Assembly: GCF_964355755.1 (NCBI RefSeq)
Contig: NC_092675.1
Span: forward strand, 25,020,912 to 25,084,911
Length of the DNA stretch: 64,000 nt
Reading direction: 5' to 3'
Origin: Antedon mediterranea
Lineage: Eukaryota > Animalia > Echinodermata
This document shows, piece after piece, positions 1 through 14,049 of this stretch (positions are counted from its first letter, which is position 1; the number at the start of each line of letters is the position of its first letter). A program made the position numbers and the translations under genes. The notes below the pieces were generated by a model. That model did no database searches, had not been told where the DNA came from, and was given only the letters and a program-made list of their open reading frames with translations.

Positions 1-2138
1 TTTTCGTATTGTTTTTCGTAACATAGCATATTCGACGTTTTTGTTTTGCATAGTTTTGACGCCACTGGACTATTTACCTCACATCCCAGCTCGTATAACC
101 CTCTGCATTCGTAAATTCGATATTTTCATCAACAGTAGGCTTTCCTAACCATATAACTCCACTGGTACAGTATTAGGTTACGCACGCCAACCGAGCGCCT
201 AATTTTTTCTGCGAGCACATGCCGAGCGGGAACAAGTCAACGTTCTATTATCCAATTATTAAAGCGGCGGAGACGATGGTGTTATACCGTCACGTTTCTT
301 CGTGCAAACCTATCACTTTCTTAGCAAGAGCACTATGGGAGATGGGCAACCGTGGAGATAAACATTTTTGCCCAACGACTTGTGAGATTGATCCGTTCAA
401 AGTTGGTAGCTTTCCGGGTAGCTTTCTCATGAAATTGAAAAGTAGATTCTATGCAAGAAATATACGAGTATACGAGTCGCGCTACTATCGCAGCCAATGG
501 TACTTATATACAAGGACAACTTTTAGAAGCTATGATTTTTACCTATTTTATCCATTATGTAGCCTATTAAAATAAATAACGTACATTAACGACTTTCTGA
601 ATGACATTGAATAGTTAATAAGTTCAATTATATTGTAGTTAGCCGGGGGTTTGTTGAAATATCACGATTTAACGCAGACAGAATGATACACAATGTAAAC
701 TAAATGATGAAATCATAAACTAAAATGCCCGATGATTATTAATAGTAAATAATGTTAACATCCTTCATCGTGATTATATTAACGATAATTTATTCGATTG
801 GCTTTGCCGATGCAATCGTAAGATAAGTAAGTGATGTAATAGTAAAATCGAGGTTTAGTTGCTTTATATGGACAGATCACAGAAATCAGTGACTAAATTT
901 CACATTTCTACGTTATCTTTAGTTAACAAAAATCCTTCATTCGTTTTTAATATAACCAGGTCATCATTACATCGATTCAAATTTGAAATGTAGCTATGAA
1001 TACAGTAATCTGTAAAGAGTTTGTTATAATCTAGGGGAGAGTGCGTGTAATAATGCTCTGGAATTCCACTTTCTATATTACACGTGTACATGTCTAGTAT
1101 CTACCACATGAGATCTAAAACAGTATAAACGTAGCATGTTTGTAAAAAGGTGTGGGGGGGGGGGGTGAAATAAGTGGTGACATTTTGATGAAAGGTTGAG
1201 AAGTAGGAGCATTTTATTGGGTAATCTATTAAGATTATCAGAACATATATAATTATTATATTCTTGTTTTCATCCATCACTCATGGATGTTATAAAAATA
1301 AATGCATCGTAAATGTACACATAACTTGATAACTCGATAAGGAGCTAAAAACGATTTGTGTTTTTTTTATAACAGAGAATAAAAAATGAAACGAAACCAT
1401 TAAATTTCTCATTGTTGATAAATGAAATGTGATTCTAAAATGTTTTACTGTGATAGCCTCCCTTGTTCAAGTTGTTACTGTGCTAGCTAGCTACCACACA
1501 GGCTCGTACGATTACCGAACTGGGAGATTTGGCCTCATTTCGGCCGATGACGTCATAAAACGGCTATAATGTAAACTCAATTTGGCATTCCAACTCTTGC
1601 CAGCAAACTATCTTCTCCCCGGGAGAAATCTGTTTTTTTTCTCTTCGTCCCATTTGTCTGCTTCGATTGACACCGTGGGAGGCATTTTTGCACGCATCAG
1701 TTCGAAGCTTTTTATTGAAAATGGTAAACTTTTGTATTACCATTTTCAATTTCCCAACTAAATTTCTTCTATTTTTTTTTAACAGTTTTATACAATTTTA
1801 ACTCTAATTTACACACGCATTAGCTTGTTATCTTTTTATCAAAAAACCTATTTATATTTCTCAAATAAAACTGTTTTTAATCAAATGTCATACTTCTCAT
1901 CTGAAACCTTTTACATTAATGTTTTTATACACTATATCAGTGGGCACATCCTTGCAATTATTGGCCACTTAAAGTGTCAGAAAATATGAAATCTTGTATC
2001 ATTTTTTGTTGTTGTTGTTAATATATCAGTACATTGCTTGTACTGTATGTCAGACGAACACATAGATGTATGTATTTTGCTATCTCTTTACTAAATTCTG
2101 TTAAATCCACCAATGAACAAAGTATAAGCAATACTTAC

Positions 2139-3849
2139 CACTTCATCTCCACACTTAACAATAGCCATATCTTCGCCTTCGTAGCTTTTGCAACGTTCAT
2201 CAACTTTCTCTTCATCGATGGTTCCATCTTCATTCTGTTTTTCAACTATTATGTCACTATTGAATAATGGTGTTGGGTTGTTCAGATCGACTGTCGTTGG
2301 CACTCCACCGGGATTAACGGTCATATATTCACCATCGTCTTCATCAGCCTCTTCTTCGATTCCGGCTTCTCGCTTAATTCGTTTGTATTCTGCCTTTTGA
2401 TTTGAGTATTCTGTATCTGAAAAGTCGTAACTAATGAATTCTCCGTCTTTTGTGGATCTGTAGGGTCGTACTAAGTGGTAGTCTTCAAGGCGATTTATTA
2501 AGTCAACTGAAAAAGAAGAACAAATGATTTATTATTAATCTAAATTACCAGTAGTTTTTTTTTAAATAGTACGATAAGTTATCATTAATTCTGTACATTC
2601 ACTAATAGTTTTAGATCTGAGAAAATATATCTCTTGTACTGAGGTTAATTTTTGGCAGATTATTCGTATACTGTACTTTTTATTGGTGTTTAGGAATTAT
2701 TTTTGCTCACACCTAAGTTGTACAGCAATGTAAGTAGTATTTTCAATCCATAAAATTGAGTATAAAAAATAGATACAATGCAAAATAGTTTTAAGTTCAT
2801 CATACTTTTAATCGTAAGCATTTATGTAATCGATTAAAACAAGACATCATACCACATGCCGGATTTATATTTTTAATTCAATTTCGTGTAGGTTACAAAC
2901 AAACTCTGTATTGGCTGGTATTCAATTTTAGCTTTAACGATGTATTGCACCATCGTGAAATTGTCTATAGGTTCAACCCATGTTGTACATTAAACCTGGA
3001 TCGTAGATACACAGAAAAAACCATTATCATTTTTGAGAAACTACTATGAAAAATAAAAAAGTAATGTTTTTAATAATACCATGTCTCTTGTGTAGATTCC
3101 TGGGCAACTCTACTTTTCCATAAACCTGTATAAACAATAATAATGCAATAACTATTTTATGAACACTTTTATAGTGTTATCTCATTTTTTATTTTACGAG
3201 ATGCTGTTTATACCTTCTGAAGAAAAAAATGTTGGTGCCATATTCGGTATTCAATTTCAAAGAAAGCCTCCTGCGAACAGCCACCACAAAGCCAAAGGGA
3301 TACATCAATTCGCTATGGAACTTTGCCATTGAACGAAATGTACAGTTTATCATAATATGAATGAGGGTTTTCTTTAGTCAGCTTCAGGTACATTTAGAAG
3401 TAAGAAAAGTAAATCAATATGCTTATTTATTTGTTTAGTAGAAAAGTACGCACCGGTGATAAGCTATTATAAATTGGTGTTATTGTAATATAAAAAAAAA
3501 ACATTTGACAAACGAAATGCCAAAATTAAAGTTGTATAAAACGTTACGATTATGGTTCATTGATAATTTACCGGGGTTAAAGAAAAACTTCATTTTGTCA
3601 TTGTTGGCCTTGTCGTAGTCAATCCCAAGAACTCACGCATCATTGCAATCATAGGGGAGGAAGTTGGATCGATCGTCTTCAATTATAGTACTGTGTAAAT
3701 GATACCACAATATAGGCCTATCTATCTACTATATCAACATAATAAATTTATCTATTGAATATATACGCAGGAAAAAAAGATATAAACCTTACCTGAACTG
3801 TGATTGCCACACATACAAACAGTAATCCAAACATGATTCTGTTCGCCAT
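2139..3849 (-). CDS. ADAMTS-family metalloprotease, 5' part only (signal peptide and prodomain); continues off the left edge
   Basis: Exons 3849-3793 (MANRIMFGLLFVCVAITVQ), 3125-3080 (VYGKVELPRNLHKRH) and 2506-2139 (VDLINRLEDYHLVRPYRSTKDGEFISY...KRIKRE...ERCKSY...IVKCGDEV). All junctions are GT-AG and phases 0/1/0 are continuous. The LEDYxLVxP..GxFxS pattern is typical of M12B/ADAMTS prodomains. Exon sizes and phases mirror the first three exons of the ADAMTS at 20377-36945. Confidence 0.8.
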
Positions 3850-4104
3850 GATTGCGATGGTGTCTCCTTTCGGTAGCCTTGTGTCGTTACTTTACCAACT
3901 CAGTCGCTGGCTTCAATCAAAATAAGTTATAACTGTATAAGTTCCAAGTAAACTAAAAAAGGACAAGATAGCGGAGTGTAACTAAAAAGAATACAGGCCA
4001 AAAGATTGTTCTGAAGAGTTAATATACATAAAACGAATAACACTTAGCACACTCCGCCGAAGTGGAATACCGAAAGGTCTGGCAACACACAAGTTGACTG
4101 TCGT

Positions 4105-4116
4105 GTCTTATAAGCA
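4105..4116 (-). promoter_or_regulatory. Putative TATA-like box of ADAMTS paralog 1
   Basis: Minus strand reads GCTTATAAG about 260 nt upstream of the ATG. The same GCTTATAA occurs about 100 nt upstream of the paralog's ATG (~37043-37050). The transcription start is not known. Confidence 0.3.
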
Positions 4117-4914
4117 AACTCGCCCACTGACTACTATGAGAGATGACGTTTATGACGTGTAGGTATATGCACCGCCTAGTTTTCTAGCGACAAACGTTGT
4201 TATTGGTTAAAGCAGCAATGCCTACACTACTCAATAAACCCACGGTACTTCAAACTCAATGACATTTCCCTTCAGGGACTTTCTTTTAGTAAAGCTTTTC
4301 CTTACGTTTTATCTTTTTTTTTTTCTAATTACACATTTTTCCATCCACGCTTTAATATTCTTATAAAACGATTTGAATTTCTGTTTCTTTTTAGTATCGT
4401 ATTCAGTAATATTACCGATCAGTACTATTACCGGTTACAGATTTGGTATATTTATATAATATAGATAAGTTCTATTTGAGTAGGCCTACGAGAGTTTTAA
4501 TTGTAGTGATAGGGATTCGTTGGTCATCTTCTTAGCATGGTTACAATAAATAAAAGTTGCATTTGAATAGAGCTTAAAACTTCAGCAAATAAGCACATGG
4601 TTACTTTTATTCTAATGTCTAAAGTTTAACATCTCCTTAACGAAAGCGATTTGTTATAACATGATTTATTTATGAATTATAGAATTAAACTTGCTGTCAA
4701 ATTAATTCCTGAAATGAAACTAAGTTAAGATACCTTCTGGGGACAACAAATAAATAGGCTACAGTGTGTTCGTAAAATATTTAGTATAGGTTTATGAAGA
4801 GTGTGACTAAAGGCGGCGGCAAACACGCTCTTTAACAGGTAGAGTAATTAATAACCTCCGGAACTTTTCACTTTGCGGGTTAGGTTCATTTTTCAATTAG
4901 TTCATAGAATGCAT

Positions 4915-4983
4915 TGAAAGAAAGGTGAACAAACACGTTAACATACAATGTTTATGTTAACGTGTTTCTTCACCTTTCTTTCA
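4915..4983. repeat. Near-perfect inverted repeat (31-bp stem, 7-nt loop)
   Basis: Left arm tgaaagaaaggtgaacaaacacgttaacata, loop caatgtt, right arm tatgttaacgtgtttcttcacctttctttca; one mismatch. Confidence 0.9.
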
Positions 4984-7156
4984 CGAAAATTCTATTATTG
5001 TTTAACTTAAGTTACGAAGGCAAACAATAATGGTATTGTTTAATACTTCGACGAATGGATCATTCTTGGTTTTCTTTTTAAACATGAATTGTTGTCCTAG
5101 TTATTAGGTTTAGTATGCGTGGATAAGACATACTCAAAGAGGCCTAGTGTTAGGTGTGGCAATAACAATGACGTGCCTGCTCCATATGTTGCTTGTCTGA
5201 AAGCGTGAAAATCAAATGCTCTGTGAATTCATGACGCGTTTGCTACAACCGAACTGAGGCAATTAAAGGCGAAAATAGCTACTAAGATGATTACTTTACT
5301 TTAGTAGGCAATTACACTTGACTTTTATGAACACCCTATGTTAAAATGCTCATGCTTTTAACCATTATGCAATGTTTTGTAACGAATTCTATGATTTTCT
5401 TTAATAACAAAATACAAATTTTGCAAGGGTAATTCGAATGCACCAGTTCATAAATCAAAATGCAACATTGCGCGTTAGGATATTAGGATAGTGCGAAGGT
5501 ATAACAATCTTCTATGTCATTTTGTATTTGGAAACGAAACAATATGGCTATTATGTATACCTAGTTGTATACGGTATACAGCTCTTTATTTAGATGCCTA
5601 ATATGCATTTAGACACAACACCAATATATGTTACGTAACGAAGATGAAATCGCAACGTTTTAGAAACGAATAACCTATAACGTGAACAAGTTTAATGACG
5701 ATGGTGATTTTAAACTTTAATTATAAATTAAATTTATTGTCTAATCATCAAAATAATTCGAACAGATTTTGGTGGTTGTCAGTTTCATAGAAAACCCTTT
5801 TAATTTACAGAAATAATTGTGGCTCAATAACGAATTCTATGATTTTGTTTAATAGGATTGCTTAGATATATTGCTCTTATCATACCTATAAGTAAGCGGA
5901 CTATTATTAACTTTTTACCCATCTCATTGGTAATTTTCCCTGTTATATAATTTCAAAATCTACTAACATGTTTTTATTAATCTATGCAAAATCTTTTAAC
6001 AGATCGCCCAACGAATGTACTGTTGTTTTGAATTGTTTTAATGTTCTACACATGTATTTTCTCTAAACTGTAGTTCGGTGTAGATACTATTTGTAGTTTT
6101 CTTTTGAGTATAGACTTGTACTTGTCTGGTATTCAACGACAGTATATTGGTAGACATGACATGATGTCATTAAGGCAAGTGGTCTTGAAGATGGCAACGA
6201 TCCATTGCTCCTTTGGGTATTACTATGTTTTCCAAAAATAAAGAACCAATATGGAAATACCATTACTAAGGAAATTATTTCATTACTATTCATATCGGAT
6301 TGTTCCCAACACGAATGGTGATGTAAGGTCTGCTGGCGTCTTATAGTCAGTCATACTTTGTATCAATGGACTATTTTTGGAGGGTTCCACCAAGTATAAT
6401 ACATGATAACTGAAGTATACATTGGTGTACATTATTATCTCTGTTAGGTGTAGGCTCTAATACTGTGACGTAATCTGGAAGCTATCAATACTGTAATGAA
6501 AACGATTATTATATTTTCTTTTTAATTAAAACTTATTTTAAAATGTGAATGCGTTGAATGCAATGAAGACCTATTTGTTGATAATTGTTTAAACTAAAAT
6601 ACCCCACTCCTAAACTTAGTTTGTAAGCACGATAAATTGTAGGGTTTCTCGCTGTTGAATTCGTGAAATAGTGTATAGGTCAGATAGGAAATATAATAAG
6701 AAAATGCAACAGGGTGTTTCTCTTAATAAAGCAATCCTTTCTCATCCCGTTATTTCAACCCAATTGCAGCTTCGGGAGGATGGAGGAATGACATAACATA
6801 GGCCTTAATCTAACCAGTTGACATTATGGATATTTAGTTTTATTTTATGTTTCTATTTATTTATTTATTTTATTACGGCACATGTAGTAAACTAAACTTT
6901 CCAAACAATGACACATTGATTCCTGGTTACAGATCCGTCAATCGGATTTGGTTATACGTTCTTCTACTATAAATCGGATATACTGTAAGCTTACTCACAA
7001 TAAAAAAAAAAGCCCAAGACAGTATACATGCATTGTATTTTCCTATTATTAAAATATGATGTGATAATTCCGGTCAGGTCCGTATATGGAAGTAATGTAT
7101 TCACTAATATTTCTTTCTAAATCCGGGGTTTGCATTTTAGTAACTACGATAATTAA

Positions 7157-7483
7157 AGATGTATTGTCCTCTGAAAAGTAATTCTTAACATTTTTGTTGA
7201 ATATGAAATTTTAATGTAACATAGCAGTTATCCACTTTGACCAAAAATTGGATCGGAAAAAATGTATTTACCTGGAAAAACTGTAATTTAAAGAAGAAAA
7301 TGATCAAATTGGATGCCAGCCAATAGATTTTTGGTTGAATTTAACCATTTTATTTTGTCATTTTATAAATTAAAAATTGTTTTCTACAGAAGTGATTAAC
7401 GTTATTAAAACTACAAAATAACATATTCAAAGTCTTATTTAATTATTCTTCATTTTCATTGTTTTTTGGGGGACAATACATCT
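7157..7483. mobile_element. Non-autonomous DNA transposon (MITE) with TTAA target site duplication, Kolobok-like
   Basis: TTAA|AGATGTATTGTCC...GGACAATACATCT|TTAA. The same termini occur at 15648-16191. Confidence 0.8.
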
Positions 7484-10400
7484 TTAAATTTATCATCTGC
7501 AGTATTCGCTTTATTTAAAAGTAGATTGTTGGACAAGTTAGTAGTAGTCAATTTGACAAAGAGTTGTAAGGGTACTCAATACGGAAGTCCAAAATAAACT
7601 TGATATTAATAAATCTCGAAGTTTTGAGAAGGCTTTGTCCAAGTCCAAGTAATATAAGCCAAACCTATCCACATTACACTACTTCCACTATTTGAAAAGA
7701 AATGTGTTAGGCCTATTACGGTGTTTATATCATAGTTGCCTGAATGATCAAATCTGGTGTACAAAAACAGTAAAGATGAGAAAAGAATGAGTGTGAGAAC
7801 GAAAAAGGTCGCCCCAAGTCAAACTTAACCCGGCTTTCCTGGCCTATGGCATGCTATAAATATATATGTTATTATTTTCCTGCCGAAACCTTTGTTTATA
7901 TTCTGGTGAGTGAGTGTCCAATAAATAATATTACTGCGTATATAATAATTGGTTAAGTGGGAATTCCCGGAAACTGCTTGATTGACGCATAACATTTGGA
8001 AAAATTACAATAATAATGATTTCTTTTTTTTTATTGTTATAAAGCAATAAGTTAAAAACCACTTTAAATCACGTTAAGAAAAACGAAAACACGTAATGAA
8101 CATTTCGATGCATAATATAAATATTAAAATATATTTGCATTCAAATTGTCTTTGTTCTTGAGAATTGTTGTAATAATAAAAGTAATCACGATACTTATTT
8201 CATTGCGAATTTTTTGTACCCACTGACTGAAAAAAGAACCTGTAATTACATTATAATGGTTTCCATAGTTGTGATGTCTTCGTTTTAGTGCTAAATGGCT
8301 ACACTTTCATTTATAAGGTACACATACAGTAACATTTCTAACATGGTGTTTTGTTGCATCGCACCTAAGTCAAGCATGTAACGAACTTTGTTCATAAAAA
8401 GAATCATGTAAGCTATTGATTATTAAAAGTTATTTGTTTAAAAGTATAATAGTTATAGTATAGTAGTAGTATTCTTGATAATATACACATCGACATGTTT
8501 AGCTTTAAATCTGATACTGTACCATTGTACTAAAGCAGTGATGTAACGGAAAAGTTGTCTTATAGCTGACGTAATCATTTGTGTTTTAAAGGCGTTTATT
8601 AATAGATCTCTGTGATACCAACCCGAAGCCTCGTTTAAATGACGCGTAAGAATCAGCGACAATAAGGCGTTCGCGCAAAATGTGACAAATAAGCACTTTA
8701 AGTAACACTGCTGACGAATGAATTTAACAATTAAAAAAGTCGCTTTACATTAGTAGACAATCTGCAGAATTGTTATTGCAACAACGATTATGATATGAAA
8801 TGAGATGGATAACTTGTTTACATCACTAATGGTAAGAAATTAGTGAAGATATAAATACATTTAGGGCAGTCTACGTCAACAAACACCATATGCTCTTTTT
8901 AAAATCATCTTAAATATATCGGTATATTACAAAATATCGTATCAATAAAAAAAACTGGACCTCATTGCTAACATCAAGTAAATTTAGCAATTTATCAAAA
9001 TTGTTAATATTCATCAAAACATCACTAACTTGTGAGCTCTCTTATGGTACAGGTTTTTGGCAAACACTATAGATTTGATAAATAACATTTGGAAGGACTG
9101 TAAAGTTGTTTTATCTTTTTTAGGTAACAATTTGAACTTTAAATTTCCTTTGATGAGTGAGTGTGAACCATGTCTCTTCTTATTGCCTATTTGAGTCTCT
9201 TCTGAATTCATCAGTACATGTAATTTTTATTTTGTATGTTAAAGTTCAACTAATAATATACAAAACAGACATATTTGTTTTATAGATTTTACAGATAATA
9301 TGTCTTTCATTTCATTTATTTATTCGAAATTCTTATTATAGAATTTTATTTAAAGGATAAAAACACAAAAAAAGAACCAAAATGGTCATCTTAATGTGCA
9401 CAAAAAATTCTATATGAAATTTTAATATAGTCCTATACCAACATTTTTTTGTATTTCTAATTTCAATTACAACATGTTAGATGTGGTTTCATTTTACAGA
9501 CGTAATCCGATATATAATATTAAAAACTTAAGATCATAATTAGATCTATATTTCATATATTTTGAACAAATGTAACAAATTATAAACGATCTGAAACTGC
9601 AAAATTGAAAGATGACACGAATGTTATTCCATTTATCAGAATTATGCTTTTTAGTTTCTAATTATTAAGTATATTAATAAATTACTTTACCATCATCACG
9701 TTACGTGGCCTTTAACAGTTTACTTATCTGCACTGGTGTAATTGATTCAGCACTTTTGGATTATACTTGTACGATCCAATAAAAGCAAGATCATATGATT
9801 CCTTCAAGATATGTTTTTATTTTATCGCCTCTTTTTTATGATTTAAACGTTTCTTGGGAAAGTGTGAATGTTTGTAAGAATATTACACTTTTGAAAAGAC
9901 AAGAATTTTTATATTTTAGTAACAAAATAAATTCTTAAAATACAAAATTGACATTTGATTCTTTGATTTATGCGAAAATGTATTTAAAATACACCCTGGA
10001 ATTTCGTATTACTATCTTATTCAAAATTTAATTTGTAGATAGCACACAGATAGCCTGATAAAATATAATACTCAGATATGCCTATATTTAGAAGCTTTTT
10101 CAGAAGTCTTTTCAAATTTAGCATATCCAACTAAATTAGTTAATTTCTTTTCTATACAAAGGTTAATTTAACTTTTCAAGAATAGTTGCAAAGGAATACT
10201 TATGTCAAGATTTTTTTTTTAGGAAAAAAATGTCTGTTAAGCAGAAAACCTGACTTGAGACAGTAAGCCTTTAAAGTTGATTATTATATAGAAACATGTG
10301 TTTCCTGAAGAAAACTGTTATTAGTATTACCCAAAGGACGCCGTAGTTAAAAGTACATTCAGTACTTATCGTGTTTCAAACATCAACATTGAGTACATCA

Positions 10401-12127
10401 AGCTGATGTCTTTCTTACGTTAAAGTTCTAGAAGACATTGTTGATGAAATAGATGTATCTTTGATTACGACTTGCCGAATGATCTATTCTCTGTACTAAC
10501 TCTTCCTTGCATAAGCATAATTTGCTTGTTATGGACTTTACATTAAACTTTCTGGCGCCATTTGAAAGGTTCTAGCAATAAACGTTCGTAATAATATTTG
10601 TATGGCCCTTGTTTCTTGATGGACATACGTTAAGGTCGCTAGCCTATTAGTACAGATATAACGCATGATGTAAATTATCATTTTCTCGCAGTTTACTTAG
10701 ATTGTCTGTAAGTTAAGCTTAGTGCGCGCAAAAATGATACCCTTTACAACCGTTAAAATTAATGTAGATTAAACATTTATAAACGTAAAAACCAGTATTG
10801 TATCTACTTAGCTTTTTCACTTTCTTTTTCTTTGGCCATTTTCGTATAAAGAGGCTGTGGTAAAATATAGTTTAAATTCGTTTTTTCCTGGAATTTGTCT
10901 AAAATACGCCCAATGTTCAATATTAAAATGTATTAAAATAATTTTCTTTTGGATGATCCAAATGGAATAAAACCGTAAAACTACAGAGATCCAGATGAAC
11001 CTTTTTACTAATATTAAAATGATTCTTACACCATTGATTTAAATGGAGATGATTATTTTGTTGATAGTTCAAGATTTGATTCATGTTAGTTTAAATTTAG
11101 AATGAACACTTGTTTCGAATTTCTTTTTAACTATGACAGATATCGATGGCATGCACATAGGTCTACAATGTTCCAGATGCCGACGTTGCAAAACATTTCT
11201 AAAATGATATGATAGTGCTAGTTGGGCGTACGAATAATATCATTCATGTCAATAGCAGTGACATTTTAAACCACAACTGCCTAAAATGTGTAAAGATCAG
11301 CACAACAAACCAAGCCATGCGTGACAATAATTTGCATCGCATACTGTAAATAAATTACGTGATATATGCATATTTGGGCTGAATGTAGAAATGTTCCTCA
11401 TTTACCAGGAATGAATTCAGTATTCCATGCCAAATTATACTTGTCTTTAATTCCAGAATATTAAGGCATATTTAAAATAAAGCTATAACTACGATGATAA
11501 ACGTACGTATGTACGAATAAGACTTAGGCCTATGTTTGGTTATGGAAAATAAGTTTTTTATTATAACTTCATAATTCTGTATATTGTTAAAGAAGTCTGT
11601 CATCTATGTTACCTTTACGACGTTTGTCTGATAAAAGTCGTACGTAAGGTGAATCTTCAAAAATGCTAATTCATTGCTTTATAGGAAAATCAATGAAGAC
11701 TTTGCATTTGTTTAAACTTTAGTAAACTCGGGTGAAACTATTTGTGCTCTATTGTTATGTCAAGATTAATTCCATTTATAATTTTAATGAAAATATGAAC
11801 GTGATTTTATATCTTACTGATATAGTAGTGAAAAGTTTACGTTTAATGCACATCCTTGCATGGACGTAGGTATAACACGGATTAACGAGTTTATTTCTTT
11901 TGGGGAATAGTGTCTGTATTGTCATTCTTATTAAACCCTTTAAAAAAACATAGGAGCAATACGTTTTCTTGACCCCAAACGACTAATAAGCTAATCCCTA
12001 CAATGTGTTGTCTGTCTTTTAGTGTGTACAAGTGTCATTTCGACGAGACCAAGCAATAGTTAGTGTTTCTTTAGCTTCAAGTTTAACAATTCATTCAAAT
12101 TTGCTTATTTATCCTGTACCACACTAA

Positions 12128-12799
12128 AGCCTGGTGCAAACTATTTATAAGAAACGCAAGGACGTACACGTGCACACAAAGTCACGGATTAATATTCGCT
12201 GTCAATTAATCATTGTGCGTATTCTATACGTTGCGCCCTACCGTGTGAAGAAACGTCTAACATTGACTTACATATGAAACGATATAATCAAGAGTTATAC
12301 CCTGGTATAGCATTGTTTAAAAAAATGCGTATCCATTTTATGAAAACTTTTAGCAATATTTAGCAAATAGAAATCATTTAGTAATTTCCATGAAATCAAA
12401 CGTATTAATGTGCAGTAAATATAACTTGGTTTTTCCACGATTGCGGCCGCGTTGTTCTAAGGATTTAAATGACTTATCTAAACATCCGACGAATTTTCTA
12501 TTAATATATGATATATAATATTTTAATTTATTTATGATTTTCTCTTTTATTATCCAGTTCTAACCAACTAAATATTAAAAAAAGAATGACCAATTACAAT
12601 TAAGAGGCTTTTATGATGAAATAATTATGTTTGATATTAATTTACATAAATGTAATTCTCTCTCTATTTTATTGTGTTATTACAAACAGCTTGCTTTCTA
12701 ATTGGACGAAATACTGACGTTCGTTCAACTCTTGACAAATCATATAAGCAGTTCGGATGATCCATCATGTCGTGACTGCGTCCTAGTGAGAACCAAGCT
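12128..12799. mobile_element. Degenerate remnants of the Harbinger-like MITE family A
   Basis: Left end AGCCTGGTGCAAACTA followed by ACGCAAGGACGTA; right end GCGTCCTAGTGAGAACCAAGCT. Both resemble the termini of the copies at 17919 and 63393. This could be two separate fragments. Confidence 0.45.
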
Positions 12800-13406
12800 T
12801 TACAATTATAATCTAATAGGTCTATGTTACATTTTTATAGAAATCCAAACTCTTTAATATCATAACTTTATGAAGATGAATATACGGAAAGTTTTTTTTT
12901 ATTTTTAATGTACATATTAGAAAGATAAAAATGTACAATTAGTAAGCGAAACCGCATTAACAGGTTGCTGTACTAGCAGGAAACAAAGATTTAGATTATG
13001 TTCTAAGAAAAATGAAACAATAATTATATTTAACATTGAAAGTTCGACCATGACTAAATTTGTTAAAAAAAACACTTATTCTCCAGTAATGTAGGCACTA
13101 ATAATTATGAATAAAAACACACTTTTTCAATTTATAAACAATTATTAAAAATCGGGTCTTTGATCTCCATGAAGAATCTATTTTCACTTTTCTTCTTTAT
13201 GAATTCATATTTTAGATTTACAAAAACAAATAATTACAAAAAAAAAACAACATTTCATTAAAATAGCTGTTTATCGTTTCTTAGGAATGCATACCGTATT
13301 TTAACAATGCGACTTTCATTAGATTATACATACAAAACATACTGTATGTTAAGGAGTTTTAATTATTAACTAATCACTGCTTACAGACATCGACGTATAA
13401 TTCTTA

Positions 13407-13680
13407 CAGTCGACTCACTAAAACTGGACTCTCTGAAGACAACACAAAACATTTTCTTGAGGTCCCAATTTTTAGTCGCGTGTAAGGCGACTCTACAGTT
13501 CACTATGTCGGTTGGTCGGTCGGTTGATCGGTAAACACTAACTTGAGCAGGCGACTACAGCCATGTATATGGCCTTGTTTGTTTTACTTTATTAAACAAA
13601 AAAATCAGAATATTACCAGAACTAGAAAACTAGACATATAGGTCAGCCGAATGGTATCCGGTATTGGGAGAGTTTGACTG
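13407..13680. mobile_element. Tc1/mariner (pogo/Tigger-like) MITE with TA target site duplication
   Basis: TA|CAGTCGACTC...GAGTTTGACTG|TA imperfect terminal inverted repeats. It contains a nested insertion. Confidence 0.6.
13469..13580 (+). mobile_element. Short Helentron-associated (HINE/DINE-1-like) element nested in the MITE
   Basis: Inserted in T-runs; 5' hairpin AGTCGC..GCGACT; GGTC/GGTT microsatellite; subterminal GCGACT; 3' stem-loop GCCatgtatatGGC followed by CTTGTTT. This is the typical HINE layout. Confidence 0.6.
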
Positions 13681-14049
13681 TAGTAAGCAAGATTTAGAAT
13701 ATAAATTGACAGACTTGCATAGAAAAGCGTATAATACTTATAAAATGTGTCATCACTCTCTAATTATCATTTAGTGTTTTTGTCCTATCTGTCGGTAACG
13801 ATAATTATGAGGTTGATAGTAAGCAGAGCACTGCGATTACCCTTGCTCTTCCGAAGGATGTTGATGTATCTAAGTATTGACATTTTTATAATCCTAATCT
13901 TAAATTCGTATAGCCTACAGCATCTAGAGTAATTACGAAGTTGTGGTGGTCTCCTTTGAATGGTGTGGAGATAAGTAAGTACAAATTCCCTATGATCTCT
14001 ATAATACCATGTACTGTTCTCCTTTTTGGTCTAATCATTTAAAAAAAAG

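Noticed and set aside
78-164. Possible exon 4 of ADAMTS paralog 1 (SGVIWLGKPTVDENIEF...)
   Set aside because: The only available AG gives the wrong phase; reading in phase 0 hits a stop codon.
219-575. 118-aa ORF
   Set aside because: No recognisable motif; antisense within the ADAMTS intron; probably chance or repeat-derived.
900-1091. 63-aa minus-strand ORF as an ADAMTS exon
   Set aside because: The nearby acceptor at ~1115 leads to stops in all three frames, and there is no ADAMTS similarity.
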